From: Solirubrobacteraceae bacterium
GTDB lineage: Bacteria > Actinomycetota > Thermoleophilia > Solirubrobacterales > Solirubrobacteraceae
Assembly (NCBI GenBank): GCA_036490975.1
Contig: DASXCS010000001.1
Span: 63,225 to 127,224 of the forward strand
DNA: 64,000 nucleotides
Direction of reading: 5' to 3'
Position 1 is the stretch's first letter; every line of letters begins with the position of its first letter. This document shows, piece after piece, positions 28,755 to 37,752 of the stretch. A program made the position numbers and the translations under genes. The notes beneath the pieces are model-generated. The model was not told where the DNA came from. It was given only the letters and a program-made list of their open reading frames with translations, and ran no database searches.

Positions 28755-30376
28755 CAGTAATTGGGCTGGCCGCCGTCGGAGAGCTCGAGCTCCACCCCGT
28801 CCTGGGCCAGCTCGTACACCGCCTGGTCGTCGAGCGGCGCGTTCGCGCCGCGCAACAGCGTGATCAGCTCGGCATCCTCGGATAGCCGCTGCACCACGCG
28901 CTCAAGCGTGGCACGGGGCTCGCCCCAGACCACCATCTCCTCCTCCACGAACCCGACGGCGTCTCCCTGGCGGAAGCGGCCCCTCACGTCATCGCGAGCC
29001 GCCGGAGCGACCGCCCCGGTGCGCACCCGCTCGAGTGCAGCCTCCATCACCTGGGCGTTCTCCTCCACGCTGCGCGTCGGGTCCAGGCTGATGGCGGCGG
29101 CCAGCCCCGCCTGGGGCGAGCGCGAGGGCACGACCCGGACGATCCGGTCCGACAGTGAAGCCGCCTTCTCGGCGGCCATCACCACGTTGGGGCTGTTCGG
29201 CAGGACGACGACCTCCTCGGCCGGGATCGCATGAATCGAGGCCAGCAGCTCGTACGTGCTTGGGTTGGCTGTGGGCCCCCCGTCGAGCGCCCGGACGCCG
29301 AGGCTCTCAAACAGCCGGGCCATCCCCGGCCCGGTCGTCACGGCGAGCGCGCCGGTGCGGACAACCGCCTCGGAGGCGGTCAGCCGCTCGTCGCGGGCTC
29401 TGACCTGCTCGGCCATGTCGGCCACATCCAGGTGGGAGACGGTTCCGTCGCGGGCGAACAGGGCGGTTGCGGCGTCCGGGTCGTCGGTGTGGACGTGGAT
29501 CTTCAGGGTCGTCTGGTCACCGACCACCAGCACCGAGTCGCCGATGCCCTCCAGGGCGGGCACATAGCGCCGCGGGTCCAGATCCGAACCCGTGACGGCG
29601 AAGTTCGTGCAGTAGCGGTAGGTGGCCGAGGCGTGCTGGGGATGGGTCACCCGGGCGGCGGCGTGGTGTTCGATCGCCGGCGGGGTCGTGCCCCGCAGCG
29701 CGCCGATGATCCCGGCCAGGAGCACCGTGATCGCGTAGCCACCGGCATCCACGACCCCGGCATCGCGGAGCACGGGGAGCAGGTCAGGGCCGCGCTTGAC
29801 CGACTCCTGCCCGGCCTCCAGGGCCCGCTCGATCACCTCGGCGATCACCTGGTCCTGCTCGTCGTCGGTGGCGTCGGGCCCGAGCCGGGCGTCCGACATG
29901 TGAGCCAGCTCGGAGGCCACCCGAACTGCCATCTCCCGCACGACGGTGAGGATCGTGCCCTCGGCCGGATCGCGCACCGAGCCGTAGGCCTGGTCGGCCG
30001 CGCGGGCCAGGGCGGCGCCGATCAGCACCGGGTCGACCAGCTCGCCGGGACGGCTGGCCAGCTCCTCGGCCGCGCCCCTGATCAGCTGGGACAGGATGAC
30101 GCCGGAGTTGCCCCGAGCGCCGAGCAGCGCCGCCCGGGCCACGGAGGCCACGATCTCATCCCGGCCGATGTCATCGATCGTCGGATCCTCGGACGCCGTG
30201 GCCAGACGATCGAGCTCCTGGAGCACGGCCCGCAGAGTCAGGACCATATTGTCTCCGGTGTCGCCATCGGCCACCGGGAACACGTTGAGCTCGTTGACCT
30301 CTTCGCGCCGGGCGTCGAGCGCGGATAGCGCCGCCTCGACGACGGCACGGAAGCGAACGATGCTGGGGTCGGACAC
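28733..30376 (-). CDS. DAK2 domain fusion protein (YloV family)
   Basis: ...LNVFPVADGDTGDNMVLT...GARGNSGVILSQ (DAK2), plus a C-terminal DegV-like half. GTG 30376 is preferred because the ORF-track start at 30439 overlaps rpmB. Confidence 0.88.
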   Translation of the reverse strand: MSDPSIVRFRAVVEAALSALDARREEVNELNVFPVADGDTGDNMVLTLRAVLQELDRLATASEDPTIDDIGRDEIVASVARAALLGARGNSGVILSQLIRGAAEELASRPGELVDPVLIGAALARAADQAYGSVRDPAEGTILTVVREMAVRVASELAHMSDARLGPDATDDEQDQVIAEVIERALEAGQESVKRGPDLLPVLRDAGVVDAGGYAITVLLAGIIGALRGTTPPAIEHHAAARVTHPQHASATYRYCTNFAVTGSDLDPRRYVPALEGIGDSVLVVGDQTTLKIHVHTDDPDAATALFARDGTVSHLDVADMAEQVRARDERLTASEAVVRTGALAVTTGPGMARLFESLGVRALDGGPTANPSTYELLASIHAIPAEEVVVLPNSPNVVMAAEKAASLSDRIVRVVPSRSPQAGLAAAISLDPTRSVEENAQVMEAALERVRTGAVAPAARDDVRGRFRQGDAVGFVEEEMVVWGEPRATLERVVQRLSEDAELITLLRGANAPLDDQAVYELAQDGVELELSDGGQPNYWWLLSAE

Positions 30377-30393
30377 CTGTCCGGCAGGCCCCG

Positions 30394-30585
30394 CTAGGGA
30401 GCCTTGACGACCTTGCCCGCCTTCAGGCAGCGGGTGCACACGTACACCCGACGGGGCGTGCCACCATCGGAGATGCGAACACGCTGGAGGTTGGGTTCAA
30501 AGCGCCGCTTGGTGGCCACCATCGAGTGGCTTCGGCTGTGTCCGAACGCGGGTGCCTTCCCGCAGACATGGCATACCTTGGACAT
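30394..30585 (-). CDS. rpmB: 50S ribosomal protein L28
   Basis: [37 protein letters not shown]. Confidence 0.92.
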   Translation of the reverse strand: MSKVCHVCGKAPAFGHSRSHSMVATKRRFEPNLQRVRISDGGTPRRVYVCTRCLKAGKVVKAP

Positions 30586-30593
30586 GGCGGGCG

Positions 30594-30599
30594 AGTATA
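30594..30599 (-). promoter_or_regulatory. -10-like TATACT hexamer 8 nt upstream of the rpmB ATG (possible leaderless transcript)
   Basis: The minus strand reads gggaTATACTcgcccgccATG. There is no Shine-Dalgarno sequence in the 8-nt gap, and the -35 is poor. Confidence 0.3.
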
Positions 30600-30649
30600 T
30601 CCCGCTGCCCTCGATCGACTCGGGAGCGCGTGCGGTCGGCGGTGCTGGC

Positions 30650-31114
30650 TCAGGCGCTGAAGCCCGTAGGGCGGGGCCGGGAGGCCAACTGTTCCTTGAC
30701 CTCCAGCGCGGCGAGCGCCGCCTCGGCGGCGTGCGCGCCGGTGTCGCGCTTGCTCCCGCCCTGCACGCGATCGAGCGCCTGCTCCATGTTCTCGACGGTC
30801 AGCACGCCAAACCCGCACGGCACGCCGGTCTCCAGCTGCACGCTCTGGATCCCCCGGGCCACCTCACCGCACACGTAGTCGTAGTGGTCGGTCTCCCCCC
30901 TGATCACCGCGCCCAGACACACCACGGCGCCGTAGCGGCCACACGAGGCCGCGTACTTGGCCACCAGCGGAAGCTCAAACGCTCCCGGCACCTCAAAGCG
31001 ATCGATCTCCTCGACGCCCTGCTCGGTCAGCGCAGCTCGGGCACCGTCCTCCAACCGCTGGGCCAGCTCCTCATAGAACGTGGCCACGCACAGGGCCACC
31101 CGGCGATCACTCAT
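30650..31114 (-). CDS. ribH: 6,7-dimethyl-8-ribityllumazine synthase
   Basis: From ATG 31114: [21 protein letters not shown]...EVPGAFELP...[16 protein letters not shown]. Confidence 0.92.
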   Translation of the reverse strand: MSDRRVALCVATFYEELAQRLEDGARAALTEQGVEEIDRFEVPGAFELPLVAKYAASCGRYGAVVCLGAVIRGETDHYDYVCGEVARGIQSVQLETGVPCGFGVLTVENMEQALDRVQGGSKRDTGAHAAEAALAALEVKEQLASRPRPTGFSA

Positions 31115-32414
31115 CGGCCGGAGCGTCCGGAGCGGCCTTCCGCCGCCGGAGGTCGAGCCCGCGCTCCTCGTGCAGCATCTCCTCATCCAGACCCAGCCCC
31201 TGGTGGTGGAGCGTGTGACCCATGCGGTCCCGCTTGGCCCGGAGGTAGGCCTCGTTGTGCGGATTTGCCACGTGCTGGATCGGGATCTGGTCCGTCACCG
31301 AGAGCCCGTAGCCGGCCATGCCGGAGATCTTCTTCGGGTTGTTGGTCAAAATCCGGATCGAGCTGAGGCCAAGATCAGCCAGGATCTGGGCCCCGATCCC
31401 GTAATCCCGCAGATCGGCGGGCAGCCCCAGCCGGAGGTTGGCGTCGACCGTGTCCAGCCCCTCCTCCTGGAGCTTGTAGGCCCGCAGCTTGTTGAGCAGA
31501 CCGATGCCCCGACCCTCCTGGCTCAGGTAGAGCAGAACGCCGCGACCCTCCTGCTCAATCATCGACAGGGCGGACTCGAGCTGTTCGCCGCAGTCACAGC
31601 GCAGCGAGTGGAACACGTCGCCCGTGAGACATTCGGAGTGCACACGCACGAGCACATCCGGGACGCCCTCCACCTCACCCTTGACCAGCGCGACGTGGTG
31701 CTTGTTGTCCACGAGCGAGCGGTAGCCGACGGCCACGAACTCTCCGAATGTGGTGGGCAGCCGTGTGGCCACCACCCGCTCCACGAGCTTCTCGGTCCGC
31801 CGGCGGTACGCGATCAGGTCGGCGATCGTGATCATCTTGAGGCGGTGCTTGAAGCAATACGCGGCCAGATCCTCGCCCCGGGCCATTGAGCCGTCCTCAT
31901 TCTGGATCTCACAGATCACCCCAGCCGGGTTGAGCCCGGCCATCCGCGCCAGGTCCACTGAAGCCTCGGTGTGGCCGGTCCGCTCGAGCACACCGCCCGA
32001 CTTGGCCTTCAGCGGACGGACATGGCCAGGCTTGACGATGTCATCCGGCCCCCTGGCGGGATCGATCGCGACCTGCATGGTGTGGGCCTGGTCGTGCACG
32101 CTGATCCCTGTGGTCACGCCCTCACGGGCTTCGATCGTGACCGTGAACGGGGTCTGGTGGGCGCTCTCATTCTTGAGCGTCATCAGCTCCAGGCCAAGCT
32201 CGTCGCACCGCTCCGGCGTCAGCGCCAGGCAGATCCAGCCGCCGGCCTGCCTGGTCATGAAGTTGATCGCATCCGGGGTGACGAACTGCGCCGCGATCAC
32301 CAGGTCGCCCTCGTTCTCCCGGCTCTCATCGTCGACAACGACGACCATCTTCCCGGTCGAGATGTCCTCCAGAGCCTCCTCCACGGTGGCGAATGTCGTC
32401 GTTGTGGCAGTCAT
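31107..32414 (-). CDS. ribBA: bifunctional 3,4-dihydroxy-2-butanone-4-phosphate synthase / GTP cyclohydrolase II
   Basis: ...VVVDDESRENEGDLV... (RibB), and ...VRVHSECLTGDVFHSLRCDCGEQL...EGRGIGL (RibA). Confidence 0.95.
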   Translation of the reverse strand: MTATTTTFATVEEALEDISTGKMVVVVDDESRENEGDLVIAAQFVTPDAINFMTRQAGGWICLALTPERCDELGLELMTLKNESAHQTPFTVTIEAREGVTTGISVHDQAHTMQVAIDPARGPDDIVKPGHVRPLKAKSGGVLERTGHTEASVDLARMAGLNPAGVICEIQNEDGSMARGEDLAAYCFKHRLKMITIADLIAYRRRTEKLVERVVATRLPTTFGEFVAVGYRSLVDNKHHVALVKGEVEGVPDVLVRVHSECLTGDVFHSLRCDCGEQLESALSMIEQEGRGVLLYLSQEGRGIGLLNKLRAYKLQEEGLDTVDANLRLGLPADLRDYGIGAQILADLGLSSIRILTNNPKKISGMAGYGLSVTDQIPIQHVANPHNEAYLRAKRDRMGHTLHHQGLGLDEEMLHEERGLDLRRRKAAPDAPADE

Positions 32415-32995
32415 CGCCGAACGAGCTTCTCCACGTATTTGGCCAGCACATCCACCTCCAGGTTGACGCTCGCGCCGTCCCGGGCAGCGCCCAGATTCGT
32501 CCGCTTCAGGGTCTCCGGGATAAGGGAGACGGTAAATGATCGGTCATCCACGTCGGCCACTGTCAGCGAAACCCCATCAACGGTTATCGATCCCTTTACC
32601 ACCACATAGCGCAGGAGGTCGGGATCGGCCTCGATGCGGGCGCGGCGGGCAAAGCCATCCTCGGCCGTCTCCAGGACCCGGCCCACGCCGTCGACGTGGC
32701 CCTGGACCATGTGCCCTCCGAGCGGTTCGCCGGCCCGGAGCGGTAGCTCCAGGTTGACCCGAGCCCCCGCGGAGACTCCGGCCAGCGCGGTCCGGGCCAG
32801 GGTCTCGTTCATCACGTCGGCCTGAAACTGGTGGTCGCGCACGCCCGTCGCGGTCAGGCATACGCCGTTGACGGCCACGGAGCCGCCTTCGGTGAGCTCT
32901 TCGGTCAGCGAGGCGGCCACGGTCAGCCTGACGCCCTGACCCGCGTTCTCGAGTTTCTCCACCGTCCCCAGCTCCCGAACCAGTCCGGTGAACAC
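32411..32995 (-). CDS. ribE: riboflavin synthase alpha chain
   Basis: GTG 32995 gives VFTGLVRELGTV..., with the internal duplicate ...GHMVQGHVDG. The start lies 2 nt after the ribD stop, with AAGGGAG upstream. Confidence 0.9.
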   Translation of the reverse strand: MFTGLVRELGTVEKLENAGQGVRLTVAASLTEELTEGGSVAVNGVCLTATGVRDHQFQADVMNETLARTALAGVSAGARVNLELPLRAGEPLGGHMVQGHVDGVGRVLETAEDGFARRARIEADPDLLRYVVVKGSITVDGVSLTVADVDDRSFTVSLIPETLKRTNLGAARDGASVNLEVDVLAKYVEKLVRR

Positions 32996-32997
32996 CC

Positions 32998-34119
32998 TCA
33001 CCACTCCCTTATCCGAGCCGTGACGAGCAGGTCGTCCTGGACGCGCTCGCACTCGGTGTACGAGGCCCGAAGCGCCTCACCCACAGCCTCGCTGCCCTCG
33101 CCCTCCAGGACATTGCGGGCCGCCTTGCCGCCCAGCATCAGCGGGGCCAGGAAGAGCCTGAGCTCGTCGATCTCCCCGGCGTCGAAAAAAGCGCCCGCCA
33201 GATGAGGACCACCCTCGAGCAGGATCGAGGTCACACCGGCGGCGCCCAGCTGGTCGAGCGCCGAACGGATCCGGGCCGGCTCGTTCTCGCCGGAGGCGAC
33301 GACGACATCGGCCCCCTGGATCTTTAGCGCGTCGCTGGCCGAGCGTGGCGCGGCCCGGGAGACCACGACGATCAGGGGATCTCGGCGGGCCCCGCGCACA
33401 AGATGAGAATTCAGCGGCAGGCGGGCCATCGAGTCGAAGATCACGCGCCGGGGCTGCCGGACCGCGAGCTCGGTCCTGGCGGTGAGCTGCGGGTCGTCCA
33501 TCAGGGCCGTGCCGATGCCCACGGCCACCGCGTCGCATTCCGCGCGCCAGCGGTGGACCAGGGCGCGGCTCTCCTCTCCGGAGATCCACTTGGAGTCCCC
33601 GGTCCTGGTGGCCACCTTTCCGTCCAGGCTCATGGCCGACTTGAGGAGCACAAAAGGACGGCCGATGCGAGCGTGCTTGCGGAAGGGCTGGTTTTGCATC
33701 CGGGCCCGGGAGGCCAGGTCACCGTCGGCCACCACGACCTCCACTCCCTCGTCCCGGAGGATGCCCAGGCCCCGGCCGTTGGCGTGCTCGCTGGGGTCGT
33801 CGGCGGCCACCACCACCCGGCCGATCCCGGCCTCCAGGATTGCCTCCGTACACGGCGGCGTCCGGCCCTGGTGGCAGCACGGCTCGAGCGAGACGTACAG
33901 CGTGGCCCCAACCAGGTCGCTCGCTCCGGCGTCGAGGATCGCCTCGACCTCAGCGTGCGGTCCGCCGACACCGCGGTGAAAGCCCTCGCCCAGGATCTCC
34001 TCGCGCCGGCCGAGTACCGCCCCCACAAGCGGGTTCGGGCTCACGGCGCCACGTCCCTGCTCGGCCAGACCGATGGCTCGAGCCAGGTGAAGACGATCGA
34101 ATTCCGCGGGTAAGGCCAT
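32998..34119 (-). CDS. ribD: bifunctional riboflavin deaminase/reductase
   Basis: ...NPLVGAVL...HAEVEAI...YVSLEPCCHQGRTPPC (CMP/dCMP deaminase Zn site) plus a C-terminal RibD reductase domain. Confidence 0.93.
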   Translation of the reverse strand: MALPAEFDRLHLARAIGLAEQGRGAVSPNPLVGAVLGRREEILGEGFHRGVGGPHAEVEAILDAGASDLVGATLYVSLEPCCHQGRTPPCTEAILEAGIGRVVVAADDPSEHANGRGLGILRDEGVEVVVADGDLASRARMQNQPFRKHARIGRPFVLLKSAMSLDGKVATRTGDSKWISGEESRALVHRWRAECDAVAVGIGTALMDDPQLTARTELAVRQPRRVIFDSMARLPLNSHLVRGARRDPLIVVVSRAAPRSASDALKIQGADVVVASGENEPARIRSALDQLGAAGVTSILLEGGPHLAGAFFDAGEIDELRLFLAPLMLGGKAARNVLEGEGSEAVGEALRASYTECERVQDDLLVTARIREW

Positions 34120-34176
34120 GGTTTTTCCAGCATACGCCGCGACTGATTGGGCGCCTGAACCGCGGATGGACCCGGC

Positions 34177-35988
34177 TCAGGCCCGGCCGCAGTTCCCTCC
34201 GCCCAGGTGGTAGATCGTGATCGCCGGGCCGGGCAGCCGGTACTGGCGTGGGTAGTAGTCAAAGGACCAGTCAAAGTTGAACTCCGGCGGGCGCGAGCCG
34301 GCGCCGTAGGGACTGACCCGGTAGACCACCCGGCCCCGTCGGGCCAGCGCGGCGTAGTAGGCAGTCGCGCCCCGCGCGGCCGAGGGATGGACGAAGGCGC
34401 GACCCGCCTGCTGGGAGCCCGTGAGGATCCAGCAGTAACCGTGGGCGATGTAACGGGAGAGCAGGGCCGGGAATAGATAGCTCTCGTATTGATCGACGTG
34501 GATTGGCCGGGCGGGGCCGCCCAGCGGCCGCCCGGCCAAGGAGCGCGAGGTGGCTGCGGTCGGGTACTGCCGCCACCGCTCTCCCCAGTTGCCCGGGACG
34601 ATCGGCTCGATGACCACCCTGGCCCCGACCGGGATGTGGGCCACCATCCAGGACCGGGCCAGGTTCCGGGTATCGGGCCGCGAGAGGACGGCGTCGTTGT
34701 GGATGTCGGCGGCCACGCTCTGGGCCAGGAGGAGGGCGGAGGCGGCGGCACCCGCAACCAGGGCGGCCACGCGCCGGGCGCGGGCCACCCGGGCCACCGC
34801 CTCGACGACGGCATCGCCGGCCAGCACGGCCACGATCGGGAAGATCGGCATCAGCCAGCGACCGAAGAACCGCTCCTGGGCACCCATGTAGATCAGATAG
34901 ATCAAAGGGGCCGGGACCAGCACGATCGCGTAGGCCAGACGACGCCGGACGACGAGCAGGATCGCTCCGGCCAGCCCAGCCAGCGCCGGCACCCAGCCAA
35001 ACCCCCAGGTGAACGTCCACAGGTAGTAGAGCCAGCCGTTGCTCGGGTTGGTGCCGAGCTTGGCCACGCCCACGGCGGACGCCTGATCTCTGATCCCCTG
35101 GAGGAAGGCGTGATGGTTCAGAAGCACGTACGGGTTGGTGATCAGGAAGGCGGCCAGGGAGACGGCGAGGCCGATGGCCAGGCGCCTCGCCGCGGCACCG
35201 CGTCGGCCGCCGCGCCCGGCATCGACCGCGAAGGCCCCCAGCAGGCAGACGAGCACGATCCCGCCGGTGTACTTGGTGGCCGCGGCCAGCCCGAGGCCCA
35301 GACCAGCCAGGGCATAGTCGCGGGTGCGTGAGCGCGAACTTTGTCCCTGAGGTTCGAAATGACGAACCTGAGAGGCAAAGTTCGCGGGCCGGACGATCCT
35401 CGCCACCCCCCACAGCGCCAGCGCCACGGGGGCCAGCGCCGGCGTGTCGTTCAGGGCCAGGTGGCTGTAGAACACCGGGAGGAAGGCCAGCCCCAGCACC
35501 GCGGCGGCCAGGACTCCGGCCCAGCGGCCGAACAGCCGGGCCCCGGCCAGGTAGGTCAGCCACACCGACGCAGTCCCCAGAACGGCCGCCACCACCCGGG
35601 CGACGACGTACACCGAGGTGGGGTCGTGGGCAAAGGCCGTGTGGAGGCCGTGGCCGCCCCCGAACCACGCGACCAGTACGACGTACAGCAGATACGTGTA
35701 GGCGGAGGGGTTGAGGAAGTAGTGCGGGTTGAGGTCACCGCCCAGGAACCCGACGGCCTTGGGCACGAAATGAGTGGCCTCATCGCTGTTGTAGCTGAAC
35801 GGCAGGCCCTGTTTGATTCCCCATAGCCGCAGCCCGAGGCTCACCGCCAGCACGCCACACAGGCCCAGATGGGCCGGTGCCAGGCCTCGGACCCGCGTCC
35901 GCCATCCGCGTACGCGGCCCACATGGGGCTCCGCGAGGCCGCTCTGGGCCGGGGCCGGCGATGGGGAGATGACGATCGCCGGATCCAT
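34177..35988 (-). CDS. GT-C fold membrane glycosyltransferase, family 39 / PMT_2-like
   Basis: 603 aa and polytopic. The first loop ...GLPFSYNSDEATHF... carries the DE motif typical of ArnT/PMT-type enzymes, and there is a large soluble C-terminal domain. Confidence 0.8.
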   Translation of the reverse strand: MDPAIVISPSPAPAQSGLAEPHVGRVRGWRTRVRGLAPAHLGLCGVLAVSLGLRLWGIKQGLPFSYNSDEATHFVPKAVGFLGGDLNPHYFLNPSAYTYLLYVVLVAWFGGGHGLHTAFAHDPTSVYVVARVVAAVLGTASVWLTYLAGARLFGRWAGVLAAAVLGLAFLPVFYSHLALNDTPALAPVALALWGVARIVRPANFASQVRHFEPQGQSSRSRTRDYALAGLGLGLAAATKYTGGIVLVCLLGAFAVDAGRGGRRGAAARRLAIGLAVSLAAFLITNPYVLLNHHAFLQGIRDQASAVGVAKLGTNPSNGWLYYLWTFTWGFGWVPALAGLAGAILLVVRRRLAYAIVLVPAPLIYLIYMGAQERFFGRWLMPIFPIVAVLAGDAVVEAVARVARARRVAALVAGAAASALLLAQSVAADIHNDAVLSRPDTRNLARSWMVAHIPVGARVVIEPIVPGNWGERWRQYPTAATSRSLAGRPLGGPARPIHVDQYESYLFPALLSRYIAHGYCWILTGSQQAGRAFVHPSAARGATAYYAALARRGRVVYRVSPYGAGSRPPEFNFDWSFDYYPRQYRLPGPAITIYHLGGGNCGRA

Positions 35989-36058
35989 CTTCTCCCACGA
36001 GTATCCCGCTACCGTGTGCCCGGAAGCGGCCCCGCGCCGCCTGTTCTCGGGTCTTCAG

Positions 36059-37129
36059 ATGAAGCTGATCATTCAGATTCCCTGCTTCAACGAAGAGGAT
36101 CAGCTGCCGGTCACTCTGAGCGAGCTGCCCGGCGTGGTCCAGGGCTTTGATGAGGTGCAGAGGCTCGTCATCGACGACGGCTCGACCGACCGGACGGTCG
36201 AGGTGGCTCGGAGCCACGGCGTCGAGCACGTGGTCAGGCTTCCCAATCACAAGGGGCTCTCCTGCGCCTTTCAGGCCGGCCTGGATGCCGCCCTCAAGCT
36301 CGGAGCGGATGTGATCGTCAACACCGACGCCGACAACCAGTACGAGGGAGCCGACGTCCACCGGCTGGTGGCGCCGATCCTCGCAGGCACGGCTGACATG
36401 GTCGTGGGCGACCGCGATGTCCTGACCAACGAGCACTTCTCTGCGGGCACGAGGCTGCTGCAGCGGCTGGGCTCGTGGGTCGTCCGGCAGGCGTCATCGA
36501 CCCGGGTGCCCGACGCCACCTCAGGGTTCCGCGCCTACAACCGCGAGGCTGCGCTCCAGGTCCAGGCCGTGTCCCGGTTCACGTACACGCTGGAGACACT
36601 GATTCAGGCCGGGAAGCTGCTCGTGGCCGTGGAGCACGTGCCGGTGCGGACGCACCCTCCAACCCGGCGGTCGCGCCTGTTTCCGTCCAAGGCTTCCTAC
36701 GTGCGACGCAACGCCCTGTCGATCTTCAGGGTCTACTCACAGCACCAGCCGCTCAAGGTGTTCTGGGGCGGTGCGGTGGTCATGGGGCTGGCCGCATTGG
36801 TCCTGTTCGTCCGCTTTGTGATCATCTTCGCCGAGCATCCATCGACGGCCGGCCGCGGTCACATCCAGTCGCTGATCGCCGGGGCGGTGCTGTTCATCGG
36901 GGCGATGCTGCTGGGCGCCCTGGGGGTGATCGGTGACCTGCTGGACGCCCAGCGCACGATCTCGCAGCGGACGTTCGAGCGCGTCCGCCGGATCGAGCTG
37001 AAGCTGGGGATTGAGCCCTCGTACTACGAGCCCGGCTGGACGCCGGAGGTATCCAGCCCCGATCGAGGGGAAGCGAACGGCGCGAGTGCTGACAGTGAGG
37101 CCTCTGACCGCGAGGCCCTGGAGGTATGA
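36059..37129 (+). CDS. family 2 glycosyltransferase, polyprenyl-phosphate sugar synthase type (GtrB/ArnC/Ppm1-like)
   Basis: From ATG 36059: MKLIIQIPCFNEEDQL...VIDDGSTDRT...NTDADNQY..., plus two C-terminal TM helices. The ORF-track start at 35813 overlaps the divergent gene. Confidence 0.88.
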   Translation: MKLIIQIPCFNEEDQLPVTLSELPGVVQGFDEVQRLVIDDGSTDRTVEVARSHGVEHVVRLPNHKGLSCAFQAGLDAALKLGADVIVNTDADNQYEGADVHRLVAPILAGTADMVVGDRDVLTNEHFSAGTRLLQRLGSWVVRQASSTRVPDATSGFRAYNREAALQVQAVSRFTYTLETLIQAGKLLVAVEHVPVRTHPPTRRSRLFPSKASYVRRNALSIFRVYSQHQPLKVFWGGAVVMGLAALVLFVRFVIIFAEHPSTAGRGHIQSLIAGAVLFIGAMLLGALGVIGDLLDAQRTISQRTFERVRRIELKLGIEPSYYEPGWTPEVSSPDRGEANGASADSEASDREALEV

Positions 37130-37752
37130 CCGCTCAGGGGACGCCAGCGCTGGCCATCCCCACCGGCAACTCGTTCGACAAGTACGGCTCGCAGAACCGG
37201 CTCATTCGCCGGCTCATGCGCGACTTTCAGGACACGCTGGACGAGCTGATCGGTCAGGCCAACCCCGGCTCGGTCCTCGACGTGGGCTGCGGCGAGGGCG
37301 TCGTGACCGAACGCTGGGCGGAGCGCCTGGAACACAGCCGAGTGGTCGGCCTCGACCTCGAGGACCCCGGTCTGCGCGCCCACTGGGTGGGCCGGCGACG
37401 GCCAAACCTGGAGTTCGTGGCCGGGCCGGCAGACGGGCTTCCGTTCGCCCCCCGGGAGTTCGACCTGGTGGCCGCGGTCGAGTCGCTCGAACACGTGGCC
37501 GAGCCCCGCCGAGTACTGGACGAGATGGCCCGAGTGGCCCGGGGCCACCTCCTGGTGTCGGTGCCCCGAGAACCGATTTGGCGGGCCCTCAACCTGGCCC
37601 GGGGGGCCTATCCAGGGGCGCTCGGGAACACTCCCGGGCACGTGAACCACTGGTCCAGGCGCGCGTTCGTGGATCTGGTCACGGACTATGGAGCGCTCGT
37701 GGCCGTCCGGTCGCCCCTTCCGTGGACGATGGCGCTCGTGCGGATGCCCTGA
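37126..37752 (+). CDS. class I SAM-dependent methyltransferase
   Basis: ...GSVLDVGCGEGVVT...GLDLE...FDLVAAVESLEHV... ATGA overlap with the GT2 stop. Confidence 0.85.
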   Translation: MTAQGTPALAIPTGNSFDKYGSQNRLIRRLMRDFQDTLDELIGQANPGSVLDVGCGEGVVTERWAERLEHSRVVGLDLEDPGLRAHWVGRRRPNLEFVAGPADGLPFAPREFDLVAAVESLEHVAEPRRVLDEMARVARGHLLVSVPREPIWRALNLARGAYPGALGNTPGHVNHWSRRAFVDLVTDYGALVAVRSPLPWTMALVRMP

